From contig NC_043007.1 in NCBI RefSeq assembly GCF_006345805.1, forward strand, positions 62,992,001 through 63,056,000: a stretch of 64,000 bases of DNA. The letters are read 5' to 3'. The notes below the pieces were generated by a model. The model was not told the DNA's origin and ran no database searches. It saw nothing but the letters and a program-made list of their open reading frames with translations. A program made the translations under genes and the position numbers. The stretch comes from Octopus sinensis (Eukaryota). This document shows, one piece after another, positions 11,045 through 23,460 of the stretch (position 1 is its first letter; each line of letters starts with the position of its first letter).

Positions 11045-12639
11045 TATTTAAAAGTGGGAAAATACATCAGAAAGTATTGTCCTTGATGCACTGTCTGAAA
11101 AAAAGACTAGTTGGTCATAGTTGGATTTTATTTTGAATTATAGGTTTGTTGAATTAGTATCAGCCTGGAGCTAAACAACAGCAACAAATAAAAATAGCTT
11201 GCATGAATTTTTTTTCTTTCTTCAATGTAGCAGCTAAATTTCCAGTGACATGCACAGCAGTCTTTAAGAAGGAAAAATAGATTCTGACTTTCAGTTCTCT
11301 GTGCATCTAACTGTATATCTGAGGTAGTGGATCTATAATTGTTGTGTAACACCAGATCAACTTTGACTGAGCAGACTTAAAGCACATAGGTAGCCAGCCA
11401 GATAAATAAGTGCAACCCACAGATCTATTGTTCAGAAATGTCAGGTTGCTTACTCTTTGATGTTTACGTCTATTCAGGTAGAGCTAACCGGAACTAGTCT
11501 GCAACATCAGTAACAATGAAACAACAAAACAATGTATGATTTATTTTACACTTTGCTATAGTTGCCTGGGCCTCCAGTACCACCCTGCACCACCACCAAT
11601 ATCTAAAATAACACACTCAAATTGTCACATTTACACACTTGTCAAAACAATAAAATTGAAACTAAAAGGACATCAAAAGACAGCAAATATTTGTGCAGCC
11701 ATCTGTAGACATTTAGACACCTTAACAATACATCAGAACTATTAAAGCATTAGATTCAAAACATTATTGCTTCAGTTTAATTCAGGCTATTTCCACTATT
11801 AATTGCTGTAAAGCATCTAAATAATATACTACTTTCTTACCATCAAGGATGACAGTGCTAACTTCATTATTATCTATGTCATCTATTATCATTGATGGTG
11901 TCACAGAATATAGGCATTGGTGATAACCACTAATAATTATGCAACACCTTATTCATAAAAATAATAGTAACACCATCACAACACTACTATCAATAACAAT
12001 ACCTCTACCAAAACACCCCTATCTATAACAACACTCCTATTGACAGGAAACAAATGACAAATCAATGACAAATGTCACCTGTCCTGTTCCCCCACCCACT
12101 CACCCAACTCAGTGGCAACAAATGCTTCTGTCTCTCACCTTTGAATAACAAACTCCATTTCCTTTTGGTCATATTATTGTTTCTATTGATGGTAACCCAC
12201 CTTATGAGCTGGTAATGGGCCTCCTATATTGTTACCCAACTAACTACAAATAGTAATCAAATTGCCTTCAATCATATTCTTGTTTTCAAAAAAAACAAAG
12301 AAGAAAGAAACATTGGATTATTATGTTTATACCAGTCTAATAAACAGGAAACCTTAAAACTTGTAGGCTCATAACTTGCCTTTCTGCAATCAGTGGGTGG
12401 GGGATGCTTCCAGAAGAGGAGGTGGAATGCTAAAAAGCCTTCTTGACACATCTTGGTATGTTTCGTTATCTGTAAAAACAAAAGGCTTGTTCAGATAGTG
12501 CTGCTTGTGTTTAGTTCTCTGTGTAACCATATCTTGATTGTTCATTGTTTGATGGACTGAGTGATGATTACCTTGCTTAGAAACAGATGAAGATTATTGT
12601 CAGGAAGGGTATCTAACCGTAGAAAATTCTGCCCCAATA

Positions 12640-15480
12640 TAGTCTTGTCTGACCTATGCATACATGGAAAAGTAGATGTTAATACAGTGTTGATGGTGAT
12701 TAAACACATCATGAGTAAATGGTAAACAATTTTGTAGATATAGACTAGAGAAGGTTACATTTATAATTCCAACTCCATTAGAAACAGAATACTTCAGAAG
12801 GAGACCCTCCCTCCATTCCTTTTCTGGTTGGCATGAGCGTCTTTTTGACCAACATGTTAAGACGAGACTGAACTCAGATACAAATGCTATGGCAGAACCA
12901 CCTTTTGCATATGGATAACTCCAAGTAGTTCGTTACAATGATAAACTACTAGAAATATTGCTGCAGATAGTATATGGATATACAAGAAGAATTGATGAAA
13001 TTTGAATCAGAAAACTGTGTCAAGACAACCTTGAGGAGAGAAAAAATTAAGAATATGAATTAATGCACTTGAAAGTGTACAATGTAGATGAAAGAAAGAA
13101 AAGGTGAACATGGAATATTAGAGACACATTTAATTAATACTTAAAACAGAACTAAAACATTAAAGAGAAATGGTAGTTAGCACCAATACACTAGCTATTT
13201 TGGTAATGTTATAATTAGAACATTCTCAGTTGGATGCTAAATAAACTATCAAGACAAGACAGAAAAACAATAAAAGTTTAGAATACACCACCCAAAATTA
13301 AACAAAATAGTATTTGCTGTGAATATAAGTGGATAGGAGACTTAGTTAACTAGAGAAATATTACAAAATATCCACCATAGGACTTCAAAAATATCTAATA
13401 AATATTAATGGAAACAACTACAAAACAAACAAATGAAATTTTTTTTTTTTTTTTCACCTGTCTTCAATAATGCCAATGAATACAAAAAACAGAAGCTGAA
13501 ATGACTACAAATAAGACTATAGGATACTATGTGTGTTAAAGTGGTAGCAAGAAAACTCCTACATGGCCAGTATCCTAAAAAGTAAAAAGAGATGGGCAGT
13601 ATATAGAAATTGACAAAGATAGTTTGCAACACCAGCTGAGAATAGCTGGACTAAGCTGAAACTTGAACAGTTTTTAATTGAGACACAAAATCAAAGCCTT
13701 CCCACCAAAAACCACTAGAAGCATGTGATGGAGCTTTAACCAAGAAAGAGTACATTTACAGGCATGACAGAGTTAGGGTGTTCCTTACTGGCAGTTATTC
13801 CAGCATTATGAAGTATCTATAGAAAATAGCTGATATATGCCAGAAAAGGTTTCAGGGAATAGCAAAGCAACCATACTCTTGGATATATTGGGTTGGCAAC
13901 TAAGTTCCCGCCATTTTTTTTTTAATTTTAATTTTTTAAAAGGTTTAATAAAAATTAACAACTAATTAATCAATAATGTATTCACCGTTGTTGTTTACAA
14001 CTTCTTCCCAACGTTCAGCAAGATTTTCGATACCTTGGTAGAAACCACCGATTTCGACTTGAAACATTGATCCAACCAAGCTCTCAATTCTGCATCAGTA
14101 TTGAACGAAACTCCGCGCATAGCATTTGAAAGATATCAAAAGAAATGGAAATCCGTTGGTGCCAAATCAGGAGAGCACGGTGGGTGTGGCAGCACTTCCC
14201 AGCCATGCACTTGAATGGCTTCCTTGGTCATATTGATGATATATTAGGGTGGGCATTGTTATGCAACAGAAGAACTCCATGCTGCCGATTAGATCTTTTC
14301 TCATGAATAGCCATGTTGAGTCGTTCTATCTGTGGAACATAGAGTTCTGCATTGACTGTTTGGTTCTGTTCAAGCAATTCGTAATGGATAATCCCTTCCC
14401 AGTCCTACCATATGCACAGCATTGTTTTATGGGGATGAAAATCTTGTTTCACGTGCAGTGTCGCTTGTTTACTGGGGCTAAGCCATTCCTTACGCTGCTT
14501 CATATTGATGTACAGGCACCATTTTTCGTCACCAGTAACGATTCGGTAAAGAAATCGTTGCTTGTGTCCATGAGTTGAGCGGTGACAAGCAAACAAACCA
14601 GCAGAGATTCTGACTCGTTGATTTTTGTTGTTGTCACTTAAAGCATGCGAAACCCATGCTCCATACTTCTGAACCTTTCCCATTGAGTGAAGATGCTTCT
14701 CTTTAGCAGTGTGGGAGCATTCCATTTTCTCTGCCAGTTCCCTTGTCATTTGAGAATTCTCATGCAAAAGTTGGTTTAATCGTTCTTCATTGAACTCAGC
14801 TGGACAGCCAGAACAAGGTATGCCTTTGAGGTCAAAATTTCGTTTTTGAACTTCGCATACCAATCACGAGTGGTTCTTTCAGCTATGGCACCGTCTCCTT
14901 ACACAGCACAAATGTTGCAAGCATCTTTTGTGGTCTTAGAACCTTGATTAAAAGCAAAAAGATGTCGAAAATGCTCGTTTTTCTTAAGTTGACATTCCAT
15001 TTTAATTATCTGAAAATAAACAAAAATTAACTAAAATTAACTCGAAAAAAGAACCAAAATAGATTCCAAAATTATTCAAAAATAGACTTCTCAATAAAAA
15101 TAGATTCCAAAATTTAAAAATGTAATAAATTCCAAAGTTTAAAATAAAACAGCGGGAACTCAGTTGCCAACCCAATACTTATCCATACAGGTGGAGATTA
15201 AGGCTAAGAACAACTAGGAAGGGAAGCACCTCCTAATCAAAGTATCAATCTCATTAAGTGATATTGTATCTCCCAAAGAGGTGGGATAATTACTCAAATA
15301 TAAAGAAACATAGATCACCTGAATGTGGAGGCTGAAGATAAAAACAATCCTGTAATAATGGGTGCATTGAAAATGATTTTAAAAATATGCAAATATATAA
15401 TCTAAACCCAGGGACTTAGACACAGCCTAGAGTAAATAGTAACTACTATGCACTGCACACACAAAGGCTACTGAAAAATA
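12640..15480 (+). mobile_element. Decayed R4/Dong-like LINE, interrupted by a mariner
   Basis: RILQKETLPPFLFWLA and NHLLHMDNSK resemble RT motifs QGDSLSPLLF and HLLYMDDLK (~12780-12930). Sequence after the mariner (15178-15480) resembles the C-terminal endonuclease region (PVIMGAL). Boundaries approximate. Confidence 0.55.
13888..15175 (-). mobile_element. Full-length (1288 bp) mariner transposon with pseudogenised transposase
   Basis: TIRs ttgggttggcaact(a/g)agttcccgc with one mismatch, TA on both sides (13886-87, 15176-77). Transposase ATG at 15000, stop at 13966-68. Motifs WVSHAL, VTGDEKW, LHNNAHP and HPPCSPDLAPTD, with in-frame stops and frameshifts. Confidence 0.95.
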
Positions 15481-16169
15481 ATAATAAGTGATAATTTTAG
15501 GACAAGGTACTCAGTCAATAACATTAGCTCTAGTATTTGATGGTAATTTATTTTATTAAAATCAGGGAGTGAAAGGCAAAGTTGACACCAATTGAGAAAT
15601 GGCTACAACAAAAAGAAACGATATTTTTAGTGACTGTATTATAATAGCAGCTTTAGAGGGTATTATTGGTTTATTTAATACCCTGAGGTGAAGTTTCAAA
15701 TCCTGACTGTCTCTACCTTTATGATTCGCTATGCATTATTTGTTTGGGAGTGGAACTCATTTAGCTAGCAGCTTATCACTAAACAAAAATAGTCTGAATT
15801 ATATTTTACTTGGTGAGTCTGTTTAAGATAAAATGATCTATCAAGGTTTGTCTGTAGGGTGAGTCTTCAGAAGAATTCTTTACCAGGCAAGTGAACTACT
15901 GGTTTTAGTAATAATGGTATATCTGCTGTTTTAAGTGTGATTACTATTATTCTTGTATCACCATCATAAATACAAGAACAACAAGAAGAGATGTAAACTG
16001 GTCAACACCCACTTGTTTGACTAAACCTTCCAGCTTTTGGGAGTGCCTTTCAAGTCTTCATTTAAAAGTTAATTTGGAGTTTTTTTTCATTTTATTTAAG
16101 CTTTTTTTTTAAGCTTTTTTCTTATTCAGCACACATTCCAGTCATGCTATGGTACTACTACATCATTAA

Positions 16170-16389
16170 CCCTTTAGCTTTCAGATTATTCCATCAGATG
16201 TAATGCTTATTTATTCACCTTGTTTTGAATTAATCATGCATTATCTCATAGCTTTAAGATTTCAATGATGTGATTGCTTATTTTTAGAATAACATTTTAG
16301 GTTAGGTGTGATAGGCCAAATCTGACTGGTTTGAACACAAAACAGACAGAATATTTGGGCTGGATATGGCTGGTTTAAATGCTAAAGAG
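16170..16389. mobile_element. TTAA-flanked piggyBac-type MITE (220 bp)
   Basis: TTAA (16166-69) ccctttagc ... gctaaagag TTAA (16390-93): short TIR with one mismatch and TTAA duplication. Confidence 0.8.
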
Positions 16390-16585
16390 TTAACATTATT
16401 TTAATGTCCACTTTTCCATGCATTCATGGGTTCAACAGAATTCATTGACTGCAGTCAAATGTCTTTGCTGTTACTATCTTCAACCTGCTTCCAAGTAAGG
16501 TAATATTTCCTCATGCTCAGACATATGTTCACTGAATCAGAACTGCTTGTATGACTTGTATATATATATGTGTGTGTGTGTGTGT

Positions 16586-17222
16586 GTATCTACACCACCT
16601 GTCTTCGTGCCGGTGGAATGTTAAAAGAACATCCAAGCATTGGGTGTAACCAGCCCACTTATGAGTACCCTTCATTCATTGAACAATAAACTTTGCTTGT
16701 GAAGACCTATTGAGGCAAGTGAAATCAAATCGAAATCGCTGACTTAGCCGATGACACTACTGCCTGATTAGCACTCGTACCAGTGGAACATTAAAAGCAC
16801 ATCTGAGTGTGATCATTGTGGGGGCCACAGATTGGCTCCTGTGCTGGTGGCACGTAAAAAGCACTATTCGAGCATGATCGTTGCCAGCATCGCCTTACCA
16901 GCACATGTACCGGTGGTACATGAAAACAACATTCGAGTGTGGTCGTTGCCAGTTCCGCCAGACTGGCTCCCATGCAGGTAGCACATAAAAAGCACCTTTT
17001 GAGCATGGTCATTGCCAGAACTGCCTGACTGGCCCTCGTGCCATTGGCATGTAAAAGCACCCACTACACTCTCGGAGTAGTTGGCGGTAGGTAGGGCATC
17101 CAGCTGTAGAAACTTTGCCAGATCAGATTGAACCTGGTGCAGCCTTCTGGCTCACTAGTCCTCAATCAAACCGTCCAACCCATGCCAGCATGGAAAGCAG
17201 ACGTTAAATGACGACGACGATG
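16586..17222 (+). mobile_element. SINE-like element with internal ~60-bp tandem repeats
   Basis: Several diverged units of (gtgc..gtggcacgtaaaaagcac..ttcgag..tg.tcgttgccag) followed by the catccagctgtagaaac...ccaacccatgccagcatggaaagcagacgttaaatga(cga/tga)n tail. Confidence 0.75.
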
Positions 17223-17224
17223 AT

Positions 17225-17400
17225 ATATCGTTAGCATCATTTAGCATTTGTTTTGTATGTTTGCATGGATTGAATGGTTCAGTGTGCCATTCAACAGCCC
17301 AGAGTATTGCACTTGACTCCAATGTCTGTTTTGGTATGGTGTCTACAATTGAACCCCTTACTAATGTCAACCATTGTAGGAGTGTGTGTTGGGTACATTC
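17225..17400 (-). mobile_element. 3' part of a related SINE-like element, tail-to-tail with the previous one
   Basis: Minus strand reads ...attgtagacaccataccaaaacagacattgga...caatccatgcaaacat...aaatgatgc, similar to 2750-2905. Confidence 0.55.
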
Positions 17401-17797
17401 TTTTTTCTTTTTCATGGCACTAGCATTAGTGAGCTCAACAACTAATTCACATGGGAGGTCCCTTCAACTGAGTAGCAATATCGTATAGAGGGAGGCGGCT
17501 TGACAACAGATGTTTAAGAAGTTAAAGTATGAAAGAGGAACAGTGTCTTGTTGAAGAGGAAATATAAGGCTTCCCTTAAAGATAGGTAGATACAGATAGG
17601 TTAATAAATGTAGCTATATACATGATGATTGCTTCATCTTGGCTAATGATAACCATCTCAACCTACATCTTTCCAGTGATCTCTATTACATTTATGTGCT
17701 CTGAGGTGACTCTTAAGATCTACAGTTGAGCCGCAAGGTTTCAAATATACGTGACAGATAAGATTCAAAACTTTTTGGGAGTTTATGTACTTTATTT

Positions 17798-17799
<2 letters not shown>

Positions 17800-17830
<31 letters not shown>
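17800..17830. repeat. Poly-T run (31 nt)
   Basis: Seen directly. Confidence 0.9.
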
Positions 17831-17832
<2 letters not shown>

Positions 17833-20063
17833 ATACATATGTGAGGTATGTTAATCTCATGTGCCTTTTGAAACAACAGTTACTCTAACTGATTTTGCCA
17901 TGTATTACATAGGTATTGTTAGCATAATAATTTTATGTGGCTTACATAAGCAGCTTTTAAAGGGAAATTTCCATCACAAAGACTGCATTTCCAACTCTTA
18001 ATTTCATCAGGTGCATCCATGATACCCACATCTCTCAAAGTAGGTCTTAACTATGCATGCCTCCTTTTGGCTACCTCAAAGCTAGTAATACCTTCCATCC
18101 TTTTCTATTAGTTGCTTTCTCTTCCCAAAATTGGAATCCATTGTCAGTCTAGTGACTGTAACAAGTAAAAGATAAAGGTAAAAGACACACACACACACAC
18201 ACTCGAATTAGTGAATAAACAAAAGATAGTAGCGCTGAACACATTTGGAATTACATGTATTTAATAGCAGTTTGACTCTGCTCCTCATGACTTAGTTTTA
18301 TAGATGTTGTTACACAGGCACCTCAATATATATACATGCAGAGATAGATAGATACAGACAGACAGACAGTGACTAACTTACTAGAATTGTCCAAGTTTTC
18401 CCTGTTTCCATGGATTATTCATGACCATTATTTGTCTAGGCACCCTTCAAATAAATTATAATTCCATATTGGAAAGCTATTTCTATAGGACAGTTTATTC
18501 ACTGTTCGTGTATCTCTTGACATTAGATTAGTATGTATGAGTTTTGTAGCTTGGAGGATTTTCAGTAATTCTATTAGATGAATATTTTACGAAAATCAAT
18601 AGTCAAACATTAACACATTGATTTGTATTATTATAGATATATATCATAGCGAAGAGTCAGTTGTTCTAGTGAACTTTTAGCATATTTGTTTTTATAATAC
18701 TTGACAACCATCAACTGCTGGTGAACATCAAACATAAAAACATATTTGTCCATGTAACTTAAATTTTCTTATTTATTTATGAATGTGTCTGTTAAAAGTA
18801 AAATATATCTTGTTTCCTCTTAGCTACATATTTGAAAAACGAAAAGGCACAAAGGAAGTTATGTAATTATACAAAACCTCAAGGTACCCAAATGCCCTTT
18901 TAAACTGAACTTTGACAAAGGAACATGATAAAAGGGTTTTTTTTAAAAAAAAAGCTGTTCTCACAAAGTAGATATGCTTGGAAGACAAACTAAAGTTGAC
19001 ATCAATTTTGTATTTGTTTTAGAAATTTCATGTCTTTATGAAGCTGAATTTAGAAGAAATATTGCTTGGTGATGATAGTGATGATGTAAGCAGTAAGACG
19101 GTATCAGTTGTACAGATTCAGGATCACTAGTCAAATGGAATTTCTTATTGCTGCTGTTCTAAATAAATTAGCAATGATGTGGATTTGTGATAATTGTATG
19201 AGACAAACTAGGCTTTTATTATGCCATTATAATATGCACAGATTACTTAAATTGAAGAAACTGGTGATAAACCTGAGCAAGTCAGTGAGTTGGTTAATTC
19301 TTCCATTCCTTAATGCAGATCAGTTTACTTGAACTCTCAGTTGCTAAGGTTAAGTCAGTTGTATTGCTTACATATTTTTACTGGGACAAATCATCACTTT
19401 AGAAATTCTGACATCTCTGAAAAAAGAAATCACATCTATTTTATAGATTTTTCTTACTTGATTGAATTACATACTTCAGGAATTTATATATTTTGTCTAT
19501 AGTATGGATAAAAAAAGGAAGATTTAGAGACATAAAGCTGGATATTTGACTGATTGTTTTTGAAACAACAGAAACAGCAGTAATAATAATAGTATTTTCA
19601 TTTTTTTTTCCATGTGAAATATTTCATATGAAGTCAGTATTGATTGATTTTTACCGATATTATGATTATTTTTTTTTTTTTTTTTTGAGGAGGGGTAATT
19701 GTTTCAATACTATAGATTCTCCGTTCTCTCTGCTTTTGGGAAACTTTTCTATTGTTAAAGAATATTCGACTTTTTATTTAGAATACTTTTGTCTTCTCCA
19801 TTGAATAGGTCTTTTCTCTTTACATAATAATGCATTGTACTCTTTCTAAAAACTGACCGGGAACTACATTCATTATGTAATTGGATATTTAAGAAAATAA
19901 ATGGAAATGTTGTATATTGAAGGAAAAAGGTTAAATGTGGTAATTACTATATATATATAAGAAACACTGCATTTCTAAATCTCTCAGAGGGTTATACAGT
20001 AGCAACATGATAAAGTGGTTTGTTCCCTTTCCTGGGACTGCCACATTAAGTTGGCAACAAACC

Positions 20064-20068
<5 letters not shown>

Positions 20069-20134
<66 letters not shown>
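20069..20134. repeat. (TA)33 microsatellite
   Basis: Perfect TA array seen directly. Confidence 0.95.
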
Positions 20135-20139
<5 letters not shown>

Positions 20140-22145
20140 CATTTTGTCATTTATTTTTCATTTGTATGTTAGATAACTGTAACTAATTAGTAATTTTTGA
20201 TGTATTATAATTTATACTTATTCTGAGAATATCAGAATATACTTTATAGGACTTTTTTTTTTAACGTAGTCATTAAATACCAGTGTCATTTTGAAGTCAA
20301 GAAGTTTAATATTGACACAAGTCTTAACAAAAGGGTTTCTTATTAATACAAATAGATATAACAGATATGAGCAAAATTATCTTAAAGGTGTCAAAAATTC
20401 TTAAGATTAGAACTAGGAGCTATTTCTTGTTAGTATTGTTGATATATAAATAATAGCTATCTTAACTTTGAACCTAGTGTAGCCTTACTGCAGGAATACT
20501 ATACATGGAGACTATAGAACTGGGGCTTGGAGTTCAACTGCTTAAAATATATTGAGTTACAAAAATCATCAACAACAACATTCAACATACATTTTCCATG
20601 TTGGCATGGGAGGTAACAACAAAGTATAGTTTCTAAAAATAAAATTCTTATGAATTAACTAAATGTGGTATAAAGACTATACCCAGGATGTTTTAAGTGA
20701 TTTACAGAAATATGTAAATTTGCTTGAAGTGAATTGTACCAACTCTCAAAGAACTGTTTAATTTGAGAGAGTATGATCACTAAAAACAAGATATTTCTTG
20801 GGTATTCCCTTTGCAAAAATTCTAGTATTGAGAGTTATCATAGTTAACCAGTTAGCAAGCTTGCTTGCTATGCTGCACTGGAATACATAAAACTGATTTG
20901 CTACTGGCTAATCTAAAAATGGTAAGTGAAGAAAAACCCAGAAAAACTTGCAGTACATAGGTTTATGCATGTGATTTGTCAAATGTGACTCTAAGAATAC
21001 AGACAAAGTGAAATGCCACCTTTCAGTATGTAGATTAACATTGCTACATTGCAGCATGTATTACGCATTTGCTATATTTTGTACATTTGACATGGTCCAA
21101 TGCATAGAACTAAAGGTGTCCCAGGTGGGTTGCTATCTAAAGGGTTAAACAAAATCCTCTTAGCATGAAGTTTTGCTTTTAGTTGTGGTTTAGTTAGTAA
21201 ACCTTCACTACCAAACTGTTGAGATCACTGATTGGTTCATTACTGGTAATACTAAATAGAAAAAACTGCTATTTGAACTTCTCTTGTTAGAAAAACCAAG
21301 TAAAAAATATATTAAATGAAAATGGGTTTATAAATGCAAATAAAACAATTCCAATGTAATCCAGATGGTATTATCCTCAGCACTTTGTTCTATATGTGGA
21401 ACTGGTTCAAATCTTCATTATCTACATGAGTGATGGATAATTTTAATTTCATCTTGAATGCTTTGAAATCATATACTAAGAAACAGTTTGTTCTTTTCCC
21501 TGCAGTTTCAATTTAGATTCTTGAGATGGCTATTTACATCAACTAAAAATGCTAAATAACTAATTGTTAAAACATAAAAGGGTTCTTCCTTCAGGGCACT
21601 CTTTGTTCTCTCCTAGAAAATTATGAACAGTATATTTCAGTTTCCAAAATCTGTTCAGAACAAGTTTGAGAAAGCTAGCACAACTCACAATGGAGGATTA
21701 GATTGCCATATTCCAAACCTGATATTTTAGTCACACATTTCACAACCAGTAACATAACATGTTGCAAGTTTGAAGTTTTTGTTTACAGTGACTCTCGAAT
21801 TGGTGGTGATGGATCTCTGTTGTTCAACAAAAAAGGTTCAATAGTTCTATCAATTAATAGCCTGTTTCTGAATTTATATATATAAGTGGCTGACTATTCC
21901 ACAGATATTAACATAGTTCCCAGCAAAATCTGTGTGACATTACATGACAAGGCTGTACCTTTTTTTTAATAACAGTTAAAAATTCAACCGACAGGCTTCT
22001 ATACAATTTCCATCATCATCCCAATTTTACTTACAAGGTTATAGAAAATGGCATTTCTTTTGTATCAGAGAAAGGCTTCAACACTAGTTTCAATTCTCCC
22101 ATTTTGTTCTGATGGTGCGTTTTGTAGTATTTATATGATCATCTA

Positions 22146-22648
22146 CAAGGGTGGGCTGAAAAGTTCATAGGCTGACCATGACGCAGTGGTTGAACTTGAC
22201 CAAATGTGTTTTATTTTTCAACATAGTCTCCCCTGCAGTCCCTACACTTCTTCCATCAGTGTTGCAGTGCTTGGATTCCTGTGGTATAGAAGTTCTCATC
22301 CTGACCCTCAAAAATAGTTCTCAACAGCAGATATGACCTCATCATTAGTCCAATACTACTTGCCAGCCAAGTGTTTTTTCACATTGGGGAACAGAAAATA
22401 GCCAGATGGTGCCAAATCAGGAAAATATGGAGGGTGATCAACCAGTTTAAAACCACTGTCACAGCTGCAATTGCAACCACAGATTTGTGTGTAAGAGCAT
22501 CGCCCTGGTGAAGCATAACACCCTTCATCAGTTTTCTGGAAATAAAAAGTGCAGTTAATATCAGTAACGGTTGAATTTAATGCATGCCAAGTTTAATTAC
22601 TGTATGATAACTCCTTAGTCAGCCTATGAACTTTTCAGCCCACCCTTG
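22146..22648 (-). mobile_element. Internally deleted mariner (503 bp), irritans-like
   Basis: Perfect 31-bp TIR caagggtgggctgaaaagttcataggctgac with TA at both ends. Minus strand keeps HPPYFPDLAPSGYFLFPNVKKHLAG and the transposase C-terminus. Confidence 0.92.
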
Positions 22649-23057
22649 TATACTGTTTTGTAAGAAATTGTTTTTTCAGAAACAACTTTCAGTGGGTTTT
22701 CTGAAAAACTTTCTATGAATAAGACCTTATTGTCTTACTGTTCATTGAATTAGTGTGTACTTTCTGCTTTTTGTTTGCACTGTGATGGATAAAGTGAAAA
22801 CAATGCACTTTTGGCACAACACTATATGTTGACCATTCCTGATTTAGCAACCATTTCTATAGATTTACATTATATCAGGCTTTTGCTACTAAATGTCAAA
22901 TACAATTACTTTCTGGACTAATTCTTATTTGACAGTCCTCTGGTTTAAAGAGGTTTAAAAGCATAACATCTAGTCTCAGTTGAAGATTTAAATCCAAAAT
23001 GGCCATTCCTAAACTTCTGGCCCCATCTTAAAATTTTTCTCACATGCAGAATATTTA

Positions 23058-23460
23058 ATCTTTATCTTTTTATCTTTTATTTGTTTCAGTCATTAGGCTT
23101 AAGCCATGCTGGGGCACTGCCTTGAAGAATTTTTTAGTCAAATAAATCAGCCCCAGTAGTTATATTTTTTAAGCTTGATACTTATTCTATCAGTTTATTT
23201 TATCAAACTGCTAAGTTACAGGGCTGTAGACACACCAACTTTGGTTGCCAAGCAGTGGCAGGGGGACAAACACATGCAAAGACACGTGCGCACACGCACA
23301 CACACACACACTCACACGCACAATGGGCTTCTTTCAGTTTCCGCCTCCCAAATCAACTCACAAGGTTATGGTTGGCCTGAGGCTCTAGCAGAAGATGCTT
23401 GCCGAGAATTATGTGGTTGGGAAACAAGCTTCTTACCACACAGCCATGCCTGTACCTATG
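23058..23460 (-). mobile_element. tRNA-derived SINE with internal (CA)n
   Basis: Minus-strand head ggcatggctgtgtggtaagaagcttgtttcccaacca, body ggcttctttcagtttcc and cagtcatt...catgctggggcact. Same family at 29040 and 44085. Confidence 0.85.

Noticed and set aside
15858-15858. tctgtag|G|gtgagt one-base exon pattern
   Set aside because: Frameshifting with a short pyrimidine tract. Expected by chance.
16700-17070. Repeat-spacer-like pattern suggesting CRISPR
   Set aside because: Diverged tandem ~60-bp units inside a eukaryotic SINE-like element. No unique spacers and no cas genes.
19761-19808. Open 48- or 27-nt phase-2 segment (RIFDFLFRILLSSPLNR)
   Set aside because: Donor gtcttt is too weak to support a call.
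20852-20920. Strong donor ATG|gtaagt
   Set aside because: No pyrimidine-rich acceptor upstream. The only 3n option has an immediate stop.
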